Below, piece after piece: positions 46,549 through 60,799 of a stretch of DNA of 64,000 nt. The notes below the pieces were generated by a model, which was not told the origin of the DNA, searched no databases, and saw nothing but the letters and a program-made list of their open reading frames with translations. Source of the stretch: Eledone cirrhosa (Eukaryota); the NCBI GenBank assembly GCA_964016885.1, contig OZ024741.1, positions 44,392,001 through 44,456,000 on the forward strand, read 5' to 3'. How positions within the stretch are numbered: the stretch's first letter is position 1; every line of letters starts with the position of its first letter. The position numbers were made by a program, and so were the translations under genes.

Positions 46549-46631
46549 ACTTATATATAGACATATATATATATATATATGTACTCATATATAGACATAT
46601 ATATATATATATATATATGTACTTATATATA

Positions 46632-46691
<60 letters not shown>

Positions 46692-47244
46692 AGTGTGTAT
46701 GTGCGTATAGTGGCTACCTGTGTGTGCATGGGTGAGCGTGCTTGTGATACAATATACAATACATTGAATAAATCATTGAAGTCTATTTATATGATTTATA
46801 AAACACAGCATCTATGTAGACAAGAACGGAATTTTTGATTGTATAAATACGTAAAGCAGTCCATGATCAATGAGGTATATTAGTCTCTCATGGTTTATAT
46901 CAATGGAAATTGTATATCGATATGCATACTTAAGTTTGTACAAAATTGTATATTTAATCATTCTTGGAAATCTCTTGGCAGATATCTACAATTCATATAT
47001 ATAGGTTTGAAACTTTACTGCGTATATCAGAACTTTCCCGATTATATTAAGAGGAATATCTTTCATATACAGTATATATAATGCAACAATATACGAATTA
47101 ATAAAGATTTGTATATAATCTGCTGTAATTTAACCATCTTAAAACAATGTTCCTTGGGTAAAGTCATGGAAAAGCCAGGAAAGAAAACTGATTATAATTC
47201 TAGTTTTTTATCTTCTTCGTTCTTTACTTTTAGTTTAGCGGTAA

Positions 47245-47725
47245 GGGAGGCAGATGGGCAAAATCGGTAGTGCATCGGGTTAAAGGCTTTGTGCTATTAA
47301 GTTACCACTCCTTTATGTTCTGATTTCAAATACCAACGATGTCAACCTTAGTTTCTATTCCTCCGGGTTCGGTAAAATTGAGTACTAATTAAATACTAGG
47401 GTCGATATAATTGCCCCCCCCCCACACACACACACACTGTCCCATTAAAATTGCTAGTTTGTGCTTAAATTAGAAAACATCATCTTCGGTATTGTTATCA
47501 TCGATAGAGCGTTGGATTGGCAAGTAGCGTTTAAGCTTCTGAAATCATGCTTCGTGGCATAGTTACGTCGGTTTAAGGTCTGAGTTCACATCCCGCTGAG
47601 GTTAGCTTTGCCTTTCTTACTTACGCGGTCGATAAAATAAAGTACCAGTAATGCACTAAGGTCGGTTTAATCGACTTCCCTTTCCCTCAAATGTTTTGCA
47701 TTGTGCCTAAATCAGAAACCGTTAA
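47245..47725 (+). mobile_element. Two adjacent diverged SINE copies (47245-47480 and 47511-47725)
   Basis: B-box-like TTCTGATTTCAAATACC and CTGAGTTCACATCCC; core CTTTGCCTTTC..GTCGATAAAATAAAGTACCAG. Confidence 0.7.
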
Positions 47726-47789
47726 TATTGTTGTTGTTGTTCTTCTTCTTGTTTTTGTTATTGTTGCTGCCGCTACTGTTACCGTTGCT

Positions 47790-48330
47790 ATTATTACCAG
47801 TGTACACAACATATCAGTCTACATCCCATCTTCAAGGACAGATACATTCATGTTCTTACTGCATAAAGTATATTACATATTGTCCTCAATCTCCCTATCT
47901 GCACCCATCTTCATCGTGGCACAGACAGCATTAACGGAGATGCTAGACAAAGGTAGACGTCAACACAAATGTTATGACAAAGAAATGAACCATTGTTTGG
48001 ATCATACGATGTACACTATGGATGATTTACAACTAGAAACATTACTACAGGCAGTACGCAGATTTACAAGAGACATATATAAGAAATTTGTAAAACACTA
48101 ATGTCGTGTTGGCTAAGGAAACTGGCATAGAAGTATTAGATCAAGCACAAGCATACACGTACATAGAAATCTTCCTGTGTACAAGAACCACAAACGAAAG
48201 AACATATTAGAACGCAATAATACAGAACTAAACATAAATAATAGTGTAACAGTCTTCAATACTCTAACTCTCCTAGCAATAATTTACAGATTTAACGTTT
48301 TAAATGGATACTAAGAAAATCAAGTAGTAG
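47790..48330 (+). pseudogene. R4/Dong-clade RT fragment
   Basis: SLSAPIFIVAQTALTEML..MDDLQLETLLQAVRRFTRDI. Confidence 0.55.
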
Positions 48331-48419
48331 CGAGAAAAACAAGAAAATTAAGGGAACGAGTGCGTGATCTGGAATGGTGTTGATAGGTAGCCGTTGATTT
48401 TGACCACCGAGCAGATACC

Positions 48420-49330
48420 GCTGTGCATTGCTGTGATCCAGCTTCAGAAGGCAGGACCGAAGTCAACTGCTTTGTGGACAGCATTCAAGTAGCGATGGTC
48501 GACCCTATCGAAAGCTTTAGATATATCTGCACCTCCCCTACCAGGTTCTCGACAACAATTGCCAACCGTATTGCTAGCACCTCGGCCAAAATGTTAAATT
48601 CTATGTTGAGCAGACTTATGGGCCTGAAGTTATCTAAAACGTCTATCTTGTTCTCGTCTTTCCTCATCAATGTAACTACGCCACAACTCACAGTACTGCG
48701 AATTATCCTGCTCTGCTGAATGTTGCAGTAGACAGCTTTGATGAGATCGGAGAACAAGTTTGGCATATCTACATAAAACTCATAGTGCGGCCATTACAAA
48801 CCGGGTGATTGCCACCTAGTACAGTCAACCAGGGATTCCTGAAACTTGTCTGCTGATATAGGTTTATTGTAGAACGCCGCATCAATTGCTGACAGTCGTG
48901 GAATGCCGTTGAGGTAGGAACTAAAGTCCACTACCGTCTTCGATCCCCCGCTTCCCTGCTCCCTTCGAAAAGTCGTGGAAAGTTTCGCGAAAAGCCACAC
49001 ACATATCTAGAATCGACCAGCTCGCATTTACCTCCGTCTGTCAGCGACCGAATTTTGGTTTTGTTGCCACGCTACGCCTCGGTCACTAACAAACAGCTTT
49101 CCTTCCCTCGTTTATAGTGCACACGCCTTAGTTCTGACAATGCAACCTTCGTGTTTTGCATTGAAGAAATGGTCTAGTGCCATTCTCGCCTCTAATATAT
49201 CAGTTGCAATGCCACTTCTACTCGCCTCATCTGATTTAGCTAACTCCCGCGACTTTCTATGTTTTCCTATCGCTGCTTCTTTACTAAAAGGTATTGATCC
49301 TACTCTAATGTGTCGAGAGAGGTTATAAAA
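48420..49330 (-). pseudogene. Tx1/L1-clade ORF2 fragment, related to 57115-62985
   Basis: GVVTLMRKDENKIDVLDNFRPISLLNIEFNILAEVLAIRL parallels ORF 58926-59396. Confidence 0.85.
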
Positions 49331-51160
49331 AACGAATGGACAACATCTGGAAGCAGAGACAAGAGTTGAAAGTGACGGATTGAAAAATTAACGGAAGCAT
49401 TGTTTCTGTGTTTCTTTCTGTCAATCGGCTCCTTTCTGTTTTCTTTGACAAGCTCGATGTGTTTCCTTGATCTCTCCGTGTTTATTTAATCCTATGCTAG
49501 AATTAATTCTATCCAGTCAAACTCTTGGTAGTTTCTGAAATGTCTTAAAAAAGGAGAGACAAGACGTATGATTCGAAAACGGCTAAGGAACGTCTATTTT
49601 TGAGAAATATCAACGAGATATATATCTGTAGATGTCACCGCTGAGGACGATGATCATAAGAGTGGTGAAATTATATCAAATAAGTTGAACGAAAGGGAGT
49701 TTGAAAGGAAGTCAACGATCAATATACTAGAGAAGAATGAATGATTTGAAAGGGATAATGTGTTGATTAATTAGAACTTTGACAGCACGAAAGAGGGTAA
49801 TCTGAACCAACTATATGGTTTGAAGAAGGTAGATATAACATCTCCGAATGAATGGAGAAAAAAGGGTGAAAGTGGGACTGAAAGACATTTGAAGGCAAAA
49901 TATATATTTGTGCTGCGGCTGCGTTTGTTGCAAGGAAAATAGGAGTTGTGGAAGAGAAGTAATAGAGAATCCATTAACGAATTAAGAAGACATAGTAGCA
50001 TCTTGGAATGTAAAATGCGAACGGAAATAAAGAAGAAGAATAAACACCTTCAAATAGAAAAGAAGGAGAATGTAAAGAAGATAGGTATAAACGTCGTTAT
50101 TGTGATGTTTAAAGAAATGATGCAGGACAAGGCTTCAAAGTTGAGAAGATTTAAACAAAGAACATGTCAATATAACATCAGTAGAATGTTATAGTATGAT
50201 CAGAAAATAGTGTACCGAGACCTCTGGGGTAAAAGTAAGAAATAAAGAGTGACTCCGGATGCAGAAGAAAATAAAAGGTTTTGGTCAAACATAAATAAGA
50301 AAATTGAATGGCTGAAGGAATTGGGGAAAAAACAAACGTGAAGAAAAGTGATATTGCAAAAACAACAGAAATGGTATGCCTGCAAGTAGAAATGATTAAG
50401 AATCTGTTATTCATGGACAATTTAAAGTTATTTGCGAAAAGAGAGGACACTGACAGATTAACATCTACTGTAAACTTGATCAGTTAGGATTTTGGAATGG
50501 AGTGTGGGATTAACAAAATGAGGTGTTCTAACACTGAAACGTGGGAAACTAACACACAATTGAGGCGCTGAGCTTACAAATGGACAGACAATTAAAAAAG
50601 AGGGAGGGGAAGGATACAAGTATTTGGTATTCTTTGAGTTAGAGAAAGAAATGAAGACGATGTGTAAAAAGAATATCTTAGGCAGATAAAACTTGTAATC
50701 GAGACATCTAAATTGAATGGAAGAAATAAGATGAAGGCAAAATCTACATCGGAGAATGACGAATTTAAGCTTTTGAGGGACATAGAATGTTTAGAATGAT
50801 TGAAACGGGAAGGCCAGAGATTTTAGTTGTGAACAATAAAAGGGCCCAAATTATCGACATATTTGTCCCAGGAGACAGTAGAGTGGAGAATAAAGAGCAG
50901 GAAAAGATTGCGAAGTATGAGCCACTGAAGGAGGAGGTTGAAATGTTGTGGGAGTTGAAGAAAGGTTTTAGTGATCCCAGGAGCATTGGGATACACACCA
51001 CACAGTTTTGAGGACTGAGTATATAGACTCGGACAGCAAGGATTCAAATGAAATTATTGATTTTGTAAGACACAGGAAAAGATGCCGTGAGGAACCTTTA
51101 TCAAATTGTTGCTCACTGCTCCTTAAATTATCCAGCTCGTTTATCATCTAAATTTCTGTG
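49330..51160 (+). mobile_element. Internally deleted R4/Dong-clade LINE (RT and RLE remnants)
   Basis: NLLFMDNLKLFAK and YKYL; restriction-like endonuclease RPEILVV..IIDIFVPGDSRVENKEQEKIAKYEPLKEE..LW (50787-51011). Confidence 0.75.
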
Positions 51161-51169
51161 ATAAGCCAT

Positions 51170-51361
51170 AATAATTGTTTCTACGTTAGGCACAAGGCCA
51201 ACAATTACCCAGTGCATTACTGGTACTTTATTTTATAGACCCCGTAAGGATGAAAGGCAAAGTTAATCTCGGCGGGATTTGAACTCGGACCGCAAAGGGA
51301 CGTAACTATGCTGGAAAGCATGGCGTCCGACCCTGTACCGATACTGCCAACCCACCGCCAT
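51170..51361 (-). mobile_element. Full-length tRNA-derived SINE
   Basis: Single head TGGCAGTATCGGTACAGGGTCGGACGCCATGC, B-box, core and ATT tail. TGATAAGCCATAATAAT is repeated near both flanks. Confidence 0.9.
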
Positions 51362-51479
51362 GATTCTAATGAAATTATTGATTTTGATAAGCCATAATAA
51401 TAATACCAATTAATGAAATAAATATGAGAAAATTAATGAAACAAAGACTATGGTGATCCAAATCTAGAAACCTCTGAAC

Positions 51480-51960
51480 TGTAATAAACCACACCAAAAT
51501 GTCGATGTGTGTCACTTCTATCTTCCTAGAAAGGCAGAGTTAGTAGCTAAATCAGATGTACTATCTAGCTTGAGCTTTCCGGCAAAATATCAATCATTTG
51601 ACTTGAACAATACCATAAAACCCATAGTTGACTGGATCCTGAAGATGTTTGCAGATCATGAGAGGAAGAAGAATTTACATTCAATAATGAAGGAATGTTG
51701 GGAGTTTGCAAAGGAATTGGGAATACATACATAAAAAACATCAAAATGTAGGCAAAACATGAAGATCATTGGAGACTGTGCACTAATTGGGATCAACAAC
51801 ATCCGCACGACCAGTATGTCCTTCGTAGCAAAGAACATGAGGCAGATCAAAAACTCACTCATCAGTGGCGATGGAATTCTGAGCTCTAAGCAGAATTCAG
51901 AGGTTTCATTTTGGTTTCACAAGACAAGTGCCTTTCAACTGTTAAGGAAGTAATCTAGCA
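51480..51960 (+). pseudogene. R4/Dong-clade post-RT fragment
   Basis: FYLPRK..KKNLHSIMKE..FAKEL; HDQYVLRS..DQKLTHQW..GFILVSQD. Confidence 0.6.
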
Positions 51961-53566
51961 AAAGATTCTTCCATGAAATTACGATGGAAAGTTTAAAATT
52001 ATATACAAACATTTTAATGGGAGTGGTTTTATATTATAGAATTAATTATATTTGGTTTTATGCAGGTTGACATCGAAATAGTTGAAATAGAAACATGCAA
52101 GCGCATGCTCCATGAATGATTGTTCCTTCTATGATCGTTTAAGTGTTTACAAGAAATTCTTGTTGTTACTGTTATTCTAACCACACTGGAGAGATTCTAT
52201 GTGATTGGATGTTGATACCGCATAATGGAAACAAGTTAAATACAGCGTGACAAGAATAATTTGCCACCTATGAATTGAAAGTGGGATTGGTGTATTAAGC
52301 AAGTATTTTCTTATGGTGCACAATTTCATTTAGTCTTTTATTCTCACTGGAGCCTATTTTGCGTTAAATAGTGCTTCTACGTCTCATATCGTACATTGTT
52401 CACTAGCATTTAATTACTGTGTAGAGAGAATTAGCTTAATAACATGTATGACTTTAAATTTATATAATGATCAAAATATTATTTGACACGTTTCTATTTT
52501 GTGCTGGTAATAATAACAATCAGAATAATGTCATGGACGCTATATTCAATGCCTCCGTCTTTCTCGCTCTCCCCATCTCTCGTTATTATAAGTAAATGCT
52601 GGCCCATGCACTCGGCACCCCGTGGCCTCGGTGGGCAGGATAGAGATGCCGCTTCCAAGAAGGATGATGAGGGAGCAACGTTTTAGCTTGTTAAGGAGAG
52701 CTAATATCAACAGGTATTGCAGGCACCTGTAGACTGTTGACATTGACAAAATCATATCAAACGTGAACATATATAAGGAAATTTATGCAAGGTAGGGATG
52801 GGTAAGATTTAGAAAAAAAAGAAACATTTAAAGTTCATTGATGTAATTTGTGTTTGGTACGGCGTTCCATACGTGGGATATTTTGGGATCAACAGTAGAA
52901 ATTGTTTAGATGTTAGAAGATAGAGCGATCTGATTCATTGAGTCGGTGGGCTGCAATGTATTGGCGCGTCTAGAACTCACAGCTCGTCGTAGATATATTA
53001 TCTGCGTGCAGAGAAGATAGGTTTTGTGGGGCGCCATTTTCTTTCTAATGGGAGTCAACTATTTGGTTTGAATATATCAATCAAGACATATATTAATTAT
53101 ATACGTGTTATAGAAATAAATATAACATATGTGTTAACTAGATGACATGACACATATATACAAGACGGAAAGTTATTATAATATCGATCATTCTTTATTT
53201 CTGCATGTATTTCCCCTATTAAATAAGAGCTGTAATAACTATAGTGTTCTATTTCATCGTTATTTCTGTGAAATAGAGAAAGAAAAAGCACAGAACATGC
53301 ACGACTCTATTTACATCACGACAACAAATAATGTGAATCTATGAATTAATATCGTGTTAATTGGAAACTGATGATTTGTTCTGTAGTTTACAGTGACTAG
53401 ATTGAATCTGTCACACAGATCTATTATAAAAGATTTCCATTACATAGAAGCAGAAAGATTTCTCTATACTGCCAACCACATAGGATAACAACACACAGGA
53501 GGCCAAACCTAATCTATCTGCAAAAATCAGTTTCCAAGCAGAAAATGATTGTCTCTCACACATACA

Positions 53567-53609
<43 letters not shown>

Positions 53610-54589
53610 TATATACATTATATATATATATAAATGTGTGTGTGTGTGTGTAAAGAAGATACGAATAATTGTTTGGGTAAAAACCAAGAGAAAGAGAATC
53701 AAGACAAGAACTCGCAGTTATTTGCGAAAGAAACGTTATGTAATTCACAAAGTTGAATAGAATGTTGTTTGTAAGGAAAACTTTATCAGTGAATAATTCA
53801 ACCATATGTTTGGAATCTCATTGGGAAAGTAATATTGAAAGGCAAAATTATGATATATTTTCTGCAATGTTGCACAAAGGGTGAACGTATAGATCAAACG
53901 AATAATTATGTAAAACTAATGCTAAGTTCATATGAATAATCTGTAAATCAATACAGCTAACTACTAAAACTACGATCGGTATTTGTAATCGAGAAGGACT
54001 TGGATGTATGTACTATGTTTTCGTTAATGGGTTTTGTCGGCCTATACGGTTTCGAGAAGATATAAACACTTTCTTGGCTCTTTATTATCTTTTGAACCGA
54101 GCGGAGCATCCAGGATGTGACAATTGAAAGAGGAAGGGAATTGTGCCACCAAAGTTGCGTTATGTATCCTCTGTAAAGGATCAAAAGCAATGTGACCATG
54201 GAGGCATTTGAGCCCACGATATATATATCCGGAACATACATCCAACGCAGGAACTGTCGAAAAAATGCATAGTAACTCCTTAAATGACAATTTATATCAA
54301 ACATATGATAAAAAGTGTGAGTTCAATTTATATGATGAGCATCATTATATATAACAAACATACGTAGTGTCGCACAGTATGTGAGAAGATTATCAATACG
54401 ATATATCGATAATCTGTAATTGACAGGTAGATATTTAAACCTTCATCAGAATAATGTAAAGCAATTTGAAATCTCTTATATAAAGACGGGTTAAAATGGT
54501 GCGCAAATGAATAAGGCTAATTCAATGACGCGATGCTAATTCTGATGAAACTAATTTACGATGGAAAATAGATATATGAACCTCTTGTT

Positions 54590-55930
54590 AATACTCCTAC
54601 GTCTGCTGAGATACTTGCCGCAGTGTGAATATTTGGTCGGCTGAGCTGCGTCCAGGGTGAAAAGCATACTAGCCATCTGATAACTTGGAGTTGACAATCC
54701 CCCTACATTTCTTTGCTAGACACAGTATAGATTTTATCAGGAGTGGGTGGATTGCTTTACAAGGACATCCCTTGCATAATTAGAATTTCTCTTGGCTCCC
54801 TTTTTGAAAATTGATATTATCACTCCCGATTGTCAATACTTAGGTGTCTTTCCAGAGATCCAGGCCACACGGCACACATACATAGCCAGAGAATACTTTC
54901 TCAATTGAAGGCCCAAATTTCTCCCGCCCATCCTGCAGTGACCTTGACACATTTGAGCTCTTTAATTGCTCTTGTGACCTCAGACTCCAACATATTAGTC
55001 ATCGCCCCCAGATGCACCTGGCGCACAGCAGATGATGCTGTTGTGATCGGGTTTAAGAGATTAGCAAATTATTCTCTCCAATTCGCGAGGATGCACGTCT
55101 CCGATGAGAGGAACTCCAGACGCATTCCTGAAGTCCGCCAATGTCTTAACTTTGGACGCAAAATCTGCTGTGATATTTTCTGCCTGCAGGAAAAGGACTT
55201 ATTTCCAAGCCAAGATTTGTAGGCCTCCCTCTTTACTCAGATGATTATTCAGGGGGACATCCTGCCATCCGGCATCAATCCAAGCCTATTTCGCACGTAA
55301 CCTTTATCAGCTGAAGCAAAAAGTCATGAGCGGAACAATTTTGTCTCCATTTCAACATTCTCTATTTTGGCGGTGACATCTCTGAATTTGGATGCAATAG
55401 TATTTGCATAACTAGTCCTGATTTGTTATCCACTAAAGATTCCCACTTTATCTTGTAAGTCACCCTGTACCTGTTAGGTTTGTGGACAACTTTTTTTAAA
55501 TGTAGTCTCAAGGTGCAGATAGCAAGAGATGAATTCTTGCTTTGTAGATTTCGAAAGTGCATATTGCAGAAGACATGGTATTACTTACACCGACAGAAGT
55601 TGATCTCTGAAGTGCACTTGATAAGTTTGATGCCAAGTGCTGCATACCTGGAATTAAAAATCAATGCTGCGAAAACTAAGACACTCGTCCTTTCAAGGAA
55701 GCCAGCGTAGAGCCCTCAACATGTGAATGGGGTTCCACTGAAGCAGGTGGAGTTCAAGTAACTCCGTTCACTGTTCATGAGTGATGGAAGGCAGAATGGT
55801 GATTTAATTACAAGAAGTGCAGAAGCTGGTGGAGTAGTGCGCCAGCTTTAGCATTCATAAATCAGAAGACGGACGCACTATCTTTTATTTGGTAATCGTG
55901 CCAACCCTTACCTATGGTCTTGACTGAAAG
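54590..55930. mobile_element. Decayed RTE-like RT fragments in opposite orientations
   Basis: Plus 55560-55930: LHIAEDMVLL, LKINAAKTKTLVLSRKP, LKQVEFK.LRSLFMSDGRQ. Minus 54600-55500: weak N-terminal RT motifs. Confidence 0.5.
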
Positions 55931-56013
55931 AAAACGATTGCGAATATGGTCATACTCTATATCCCAGTATCGAGTACTCGACTTAATAATGGTCCTACTG
56001 GATTAATACTAGA

Positions 56014-56093
<80 letters not shown>

Positions 56094-56118
56094 TGTAATA
56101 AACAACATAAGATAATTA

Positions 56119-56178
56119 TTTCATTTACCAGTGGTTTCTTGAAAGCAACAAAAATTGCTTTCTTTCATCAGAATGAAA
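56119..56178 (-). ncRNA. Minimal type I hammerhead motif
   Basis: Minus strand: TTTCATT-CTGATGA-aa-GAAAGCAA..TTGCTTTC-aa-GAAAC-cactg-GTA-AATGAAA, then (TA)n. Confidence 0.75.
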
Positions 56179-56294
56179 AAATCCTGGTGTCTTTATTGAC
56201 AGTGGATTTGAAAAACAAAAAATATAACATATGAAAGTGAGGCTGGAGGTAAAAAAAAAAAGGGGGGGGGGTAGAACAATAAATAAGATTATAT

Positions 56295-56540
56295 GACAAT
56301 ACACACGTATACACACGCACACACACATATGTATGTATACACATATACACGCACATATACACACACATACATGTATATATATAAATATATCCATATATAA
56401 AAACACCAACACACACATATATATATACATATATATACATATATATATACATACACACACATACATACATATATATATATACATATATATATACATACAC
56501 ACACATACATATATATATATATGTACATATATATATACAT

Positions 56541-56581
<41 letters not shown>

Positions 56582-56634
56582 TATATACATACACACACAT
56601 ATATATATATATATATATACATATATATATACAT

Positions 56635-56667
<33 letters not shown>

Positions 56668-56780
56668 CATATATATATACATACACACACATACATATAT
56701 ATATATACATATATATATACATACACACATATATACATACACACACATACATATATATATATACATATATATATATACAT

Positions 56781-56865
<85 letters not shown>

Positions 56866-56940
56866 CACACATACATATATATATATACATATATATATAG
56901 ATACACATAAATACACATATATACACACATGCATACGTAC
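56295..56940. repeat. Mixed TA/CA microsatellite
   Basis: Low-complexity repeat. Confidence 0.9.
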
Positions 56941-57387
56941 TCAAATATAAAAGGATACATATGCACACACACTAATACAAATAAATAATCAGAATAGGCC
57001 GTCACATACAAATAAGCAAATAAAAAATAAGGATTAAGAAAATAAAAAATAAAAAATATTAAGTTGACAGCGATACAAGACGGCAAAATTTAAAATAAAA
57101 ATAAAAATAAGTATAATAATAATGATTTCATTTATTAGCCACAAGGGCCGACATATAGGGGACCATACAAAAGACTGGGACAGTTGGGTTTTACAGAAAA
57201 ATCGAGTAAACAATATGAATAAACAAAGTAACAGTAAAGTAACAATAAAATTACAACAAGAAAAAAATTCCCCAATAGGGGGGGGATGACCACCTAGGGT
57301 TCGCTCAGGTACCCCACCAGTCCTGAACGACCAGACGCTTCGAGAGCGCCCTTGAAGGGCACCCCTCTCCTCTTCAAATTTACCTAC

Positions 57388-60300
57388 CTACAGCCGCATG
57401 ACCATTCTCGCCACATTCACCCACCTTTCAGCAAATGTACTGGTGGGCAGCACTTCTCTCTCCACCCTCACCTTCCTTTCCAAGTGAAACTTGAAAAAGT
57501 TGATGAGGGATTGGCCGAAGAGAAAAGTGTCTGTCTTCAGTCCTTTCAACCTCGTCCGCCATACAACCTCTTTCGCTACTGCTACCAGGCAGAGGAAAAT
57601 TGCCTGCCTTTCCTGGCCAAAAGAAGGCGGCGGGTCGATCTTCACTATGGACTCGGCCGATAGCCGGATCCGTTCTACACGCGACAACAGCTGTTCAACA
57701 TAACTCCACAAGTCAGTAATGCACGGACACTGGATGAGTGCGTGCAGAACGGTTTCGTCGCTCTGCGCGCATCTCGGGCAGGCCCGTCTGACAGTACTTC
57801 CGTGCCTGTAGAGCTTATTTCGAACCGGCAGTGCCCCCCGGTAGCACTGCCAAGCGAGGGATTTTTGGAAATTATCCATCGTCCCCGGCTCGAAAGTCCT
57901 CCGGTACAGACTGGTTAATTCGACTTCGTTGACTCCAAGAGCCTCTCCGAGTGCGTCGTCGCACTTGCCCACCACTAATCCTCTATAGAACTCGAGAGTG
58001 GAAGTTCCACTGACCGCATTGCCCGCCTGATAGAAGGCAGTGAGTGCCTGGCAACATTCCAAATGCCCGTCACCCAGTCTCGGTCTCTTCTTGACCCAGG
58101 ACTGCAGCTCAGTAAAAAAAACGAGCTGCGGAAAGGCCCGTCTGACAAACGGCGACCACACCTGTTCACCGTTTAGGCATAAAATCTGGAGATGCCGCAG
58201 CCTCAGCGCGTGCCTGCGCATCATTAGCCACGGCATACCCAGCCCTCCATGTAGAGGGTGCTGGCAGCAGATGGACCGCCTCACCAGCGGAACCTGACCC
58301 CTCCACAAGAATTTGAAGAGGAGCCGCTCCAAGATGGCGAGGCATGAACGGGGGCAAGGACGGTAGTAGATGACGGACGCGATGTACGCGTTCGCCACCT
58401 CCGCCCGACATTTCAGTGATAGCGTCATCCCAGCCCATTTCTGGGTGAGACTGGCTACCCTGCCCGTCACCTCGTCCCAATTCTTATCCACCTGGAGGTC
58501 TGGCCCGAAACAAACCGCTAGCAACTTTACCGGTCCGTCCTTCCAGCGCCTAACGACGCTGTTGGACGGCATGGACTTGCCTCTCCAGGTGCCGTGTTGC
58601 AAGCCCACCGACTTTTCCGGGTTAAGTTTTGCTCCCGTCAACCTTTCACATTCCTCCAATAAGTTGCCAATCACATCGATTTCTGAGGTGTCCGACACCA
58701 TCACGGTGAAGTCGTCCGCATAAGCTGACACAGCCTTTCCGCGTCCCGGTTCGAGCGGGATGCCCTGCAACAGCTCCAGACTCCGCACTAAAGGCTCGAG
58801 AGTCAATACGTACAGAAGGGAGGAGAGAGGGAACCCTTGCGGACCGATAGGGAGACCTGAAACGGTTCCGAGAGGTAGCCATTCATTTTGACCATCGAGC
58901 AGGTGCCGCTGTGCATTGCAGCGATCTAGCTTCTGAAGACGGGGCCGAAGCCAGCCGCATTGAGGACAGCCTCCAGGTACCGATGGTCGACCCTATCGAA
59001 TGCTTTCGATTGATCTAAATTGACCAGAGCCCCACCGAAGCCAGGTTTACACCCTACCTTCTCTATGATGTATCGCATTAGGTGGATGTTGCCGTGTATG
59101 GACCTGGTTGGGTTTGCGCAAGTTTGCGCCTCCCCAACCAAATCCCCGACGACAAGCGCCAACCTCTTCGCTAACAAACAGGCCAAAATCTTAAACTCAG
59201 TGTTGAGCAGAGTTATGGGCCTGAAATTGTCTAATGTGTCCCTCTTGTTCTCGTCTTTACTTATCAGCGTCACTACGCTCCGGCTCACAGAACTGGGAAT
59301 ACACCCGTTTTGCTGCCAGTTGCAGTAGAGGGCTTCGAGGAGATTGGAGAACAAGTCTGGCATATTTACGTAAAGCTCGTAGGGCAGACCATCCAAACCG
59401 GGTGCCTCATGCAGCCGACAAGGGTATCCTGAATCTCGGCTGAAGGAATTCGCCTTTCGCAGCGCCCAGCGTCAGCCGTCGAGAGTTGCGGCAAGCCATC
59501 GAGGTAGGGACTGAAGTCTGCCCCCATCTCTGACCCGCCACTTCCTCCGAACAACCGAGCAAAATGTTGGCGAAAGGCCTCACACATCCTCTTGGAATCG
59601 CTTAGCTCGTGCCCGTCTCGGTCCGTCAAAGACCGAATCGTGGTTTTATTACCACGGTGCGCCTCTGCCACGTGGGCCCATCGAACAGCTTTGGTTCCCT
59701 CGTTTCTCAGAGCACGCGCCTTAGCTCTGACAATGCAACCTTCACATTTAATGGTCTAATGCCATTCTCGCCGCTAGCACGTCAGTTGCAATACCACTAC
59801 CAATAGCCTCGTCTAACTTATCTACCAACTCCCCCTCCTTTCTATTTTTCTCTAACGCTACTTCTTTGCTAAACTCTATCGACATTACTCTAATTTCTCT
59901 TTTGATAGCCCCCCACCATCTATTATTGACGACTCCCCTTGACAACATTTTCTTAACTAAATTGTTGACCTGGTCCCTGTAAGCCTTATGTGCCGGACAT
60001 GACATGTTTAGCTTCCAGTAACCAGGTCTTAACCTACGCGTTCAATCTAGGTCGACCATACAAATCACAAACTTGTGATCTGAATAGGCGACCTTTTCAA
60101 AACGTGGACAGTTTACAACATTTCTGTCTATTTGCTTAATGAATATCCTGTCTATATTCGATCTAGATGACCTATGCGGTTAGCACACACCTATGCGGTT
60201 AGGTCCACACTGGCGCATTAGGGAAATCTAGTCGGTACCTGTCAGACAGTTGGAACTGGCTGATCAGGTTCTTGAAGCTTTTGCACCCCCCGCTCCTATC

Positions 60301-60768
60301 GGATACTCCCACAGAGTCCTAGCGTGCGTCTAAGATACTGTTCCAGTCCCCCGCTAACAGTAAAGGGCGAGACGTACCCAGAAAGGCTTCCAGGCGTCTA
60401 AAGATGTCCGGCCGATCTGCCCCAGTAGGAGCATACACGGCAACCAGTCTAACGGCACCACCTTCGTTATTGTTCCCGTCCAGAACCACCAACTTCCCGT
60501 CCGGGTCCCGGAAGATCGACCTTACCCTGAGATCCAGGCCTTTCCTAAACAGCACTGCCACCCCGCCTCCCATTCCCGACCGGCTAACAGATGCAAAGAT
60601 CTGATAGTCGTCGAAAATGTGGGCTAGTGCGCGCGTGTCAGAAATCCTGGTCTCGCTGACGGCAATTACATCCATTTCTATAGACCTGAGGTCGTTGAGC
60701 AGGTGACCCTGCTTCTAGGACGATCCCAGGCCTCGAACATTTAAACATCCTACTCTTAATACGGCCAT
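57388..60768 (-). pseudogene. Tx1-like ORF2 (APE, RT, C-terminal zinc finger), frameshifted
   Basis: MAVLRVGCLNVRGL, SET, GDWN, NFRPITLLN, DQSKAFD, YADD, CPRCAQSDETVLHALIQC. Confidence 0.92.
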
Positions 60769-60799
60769 GTTGCTAGGTTAAATAGAGAGAGAGGAAGGT

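Noticed and set aside
53957-54304. Host exon or transposase fragment
   Set aside because: No recognisable motif or supportable splice structure.
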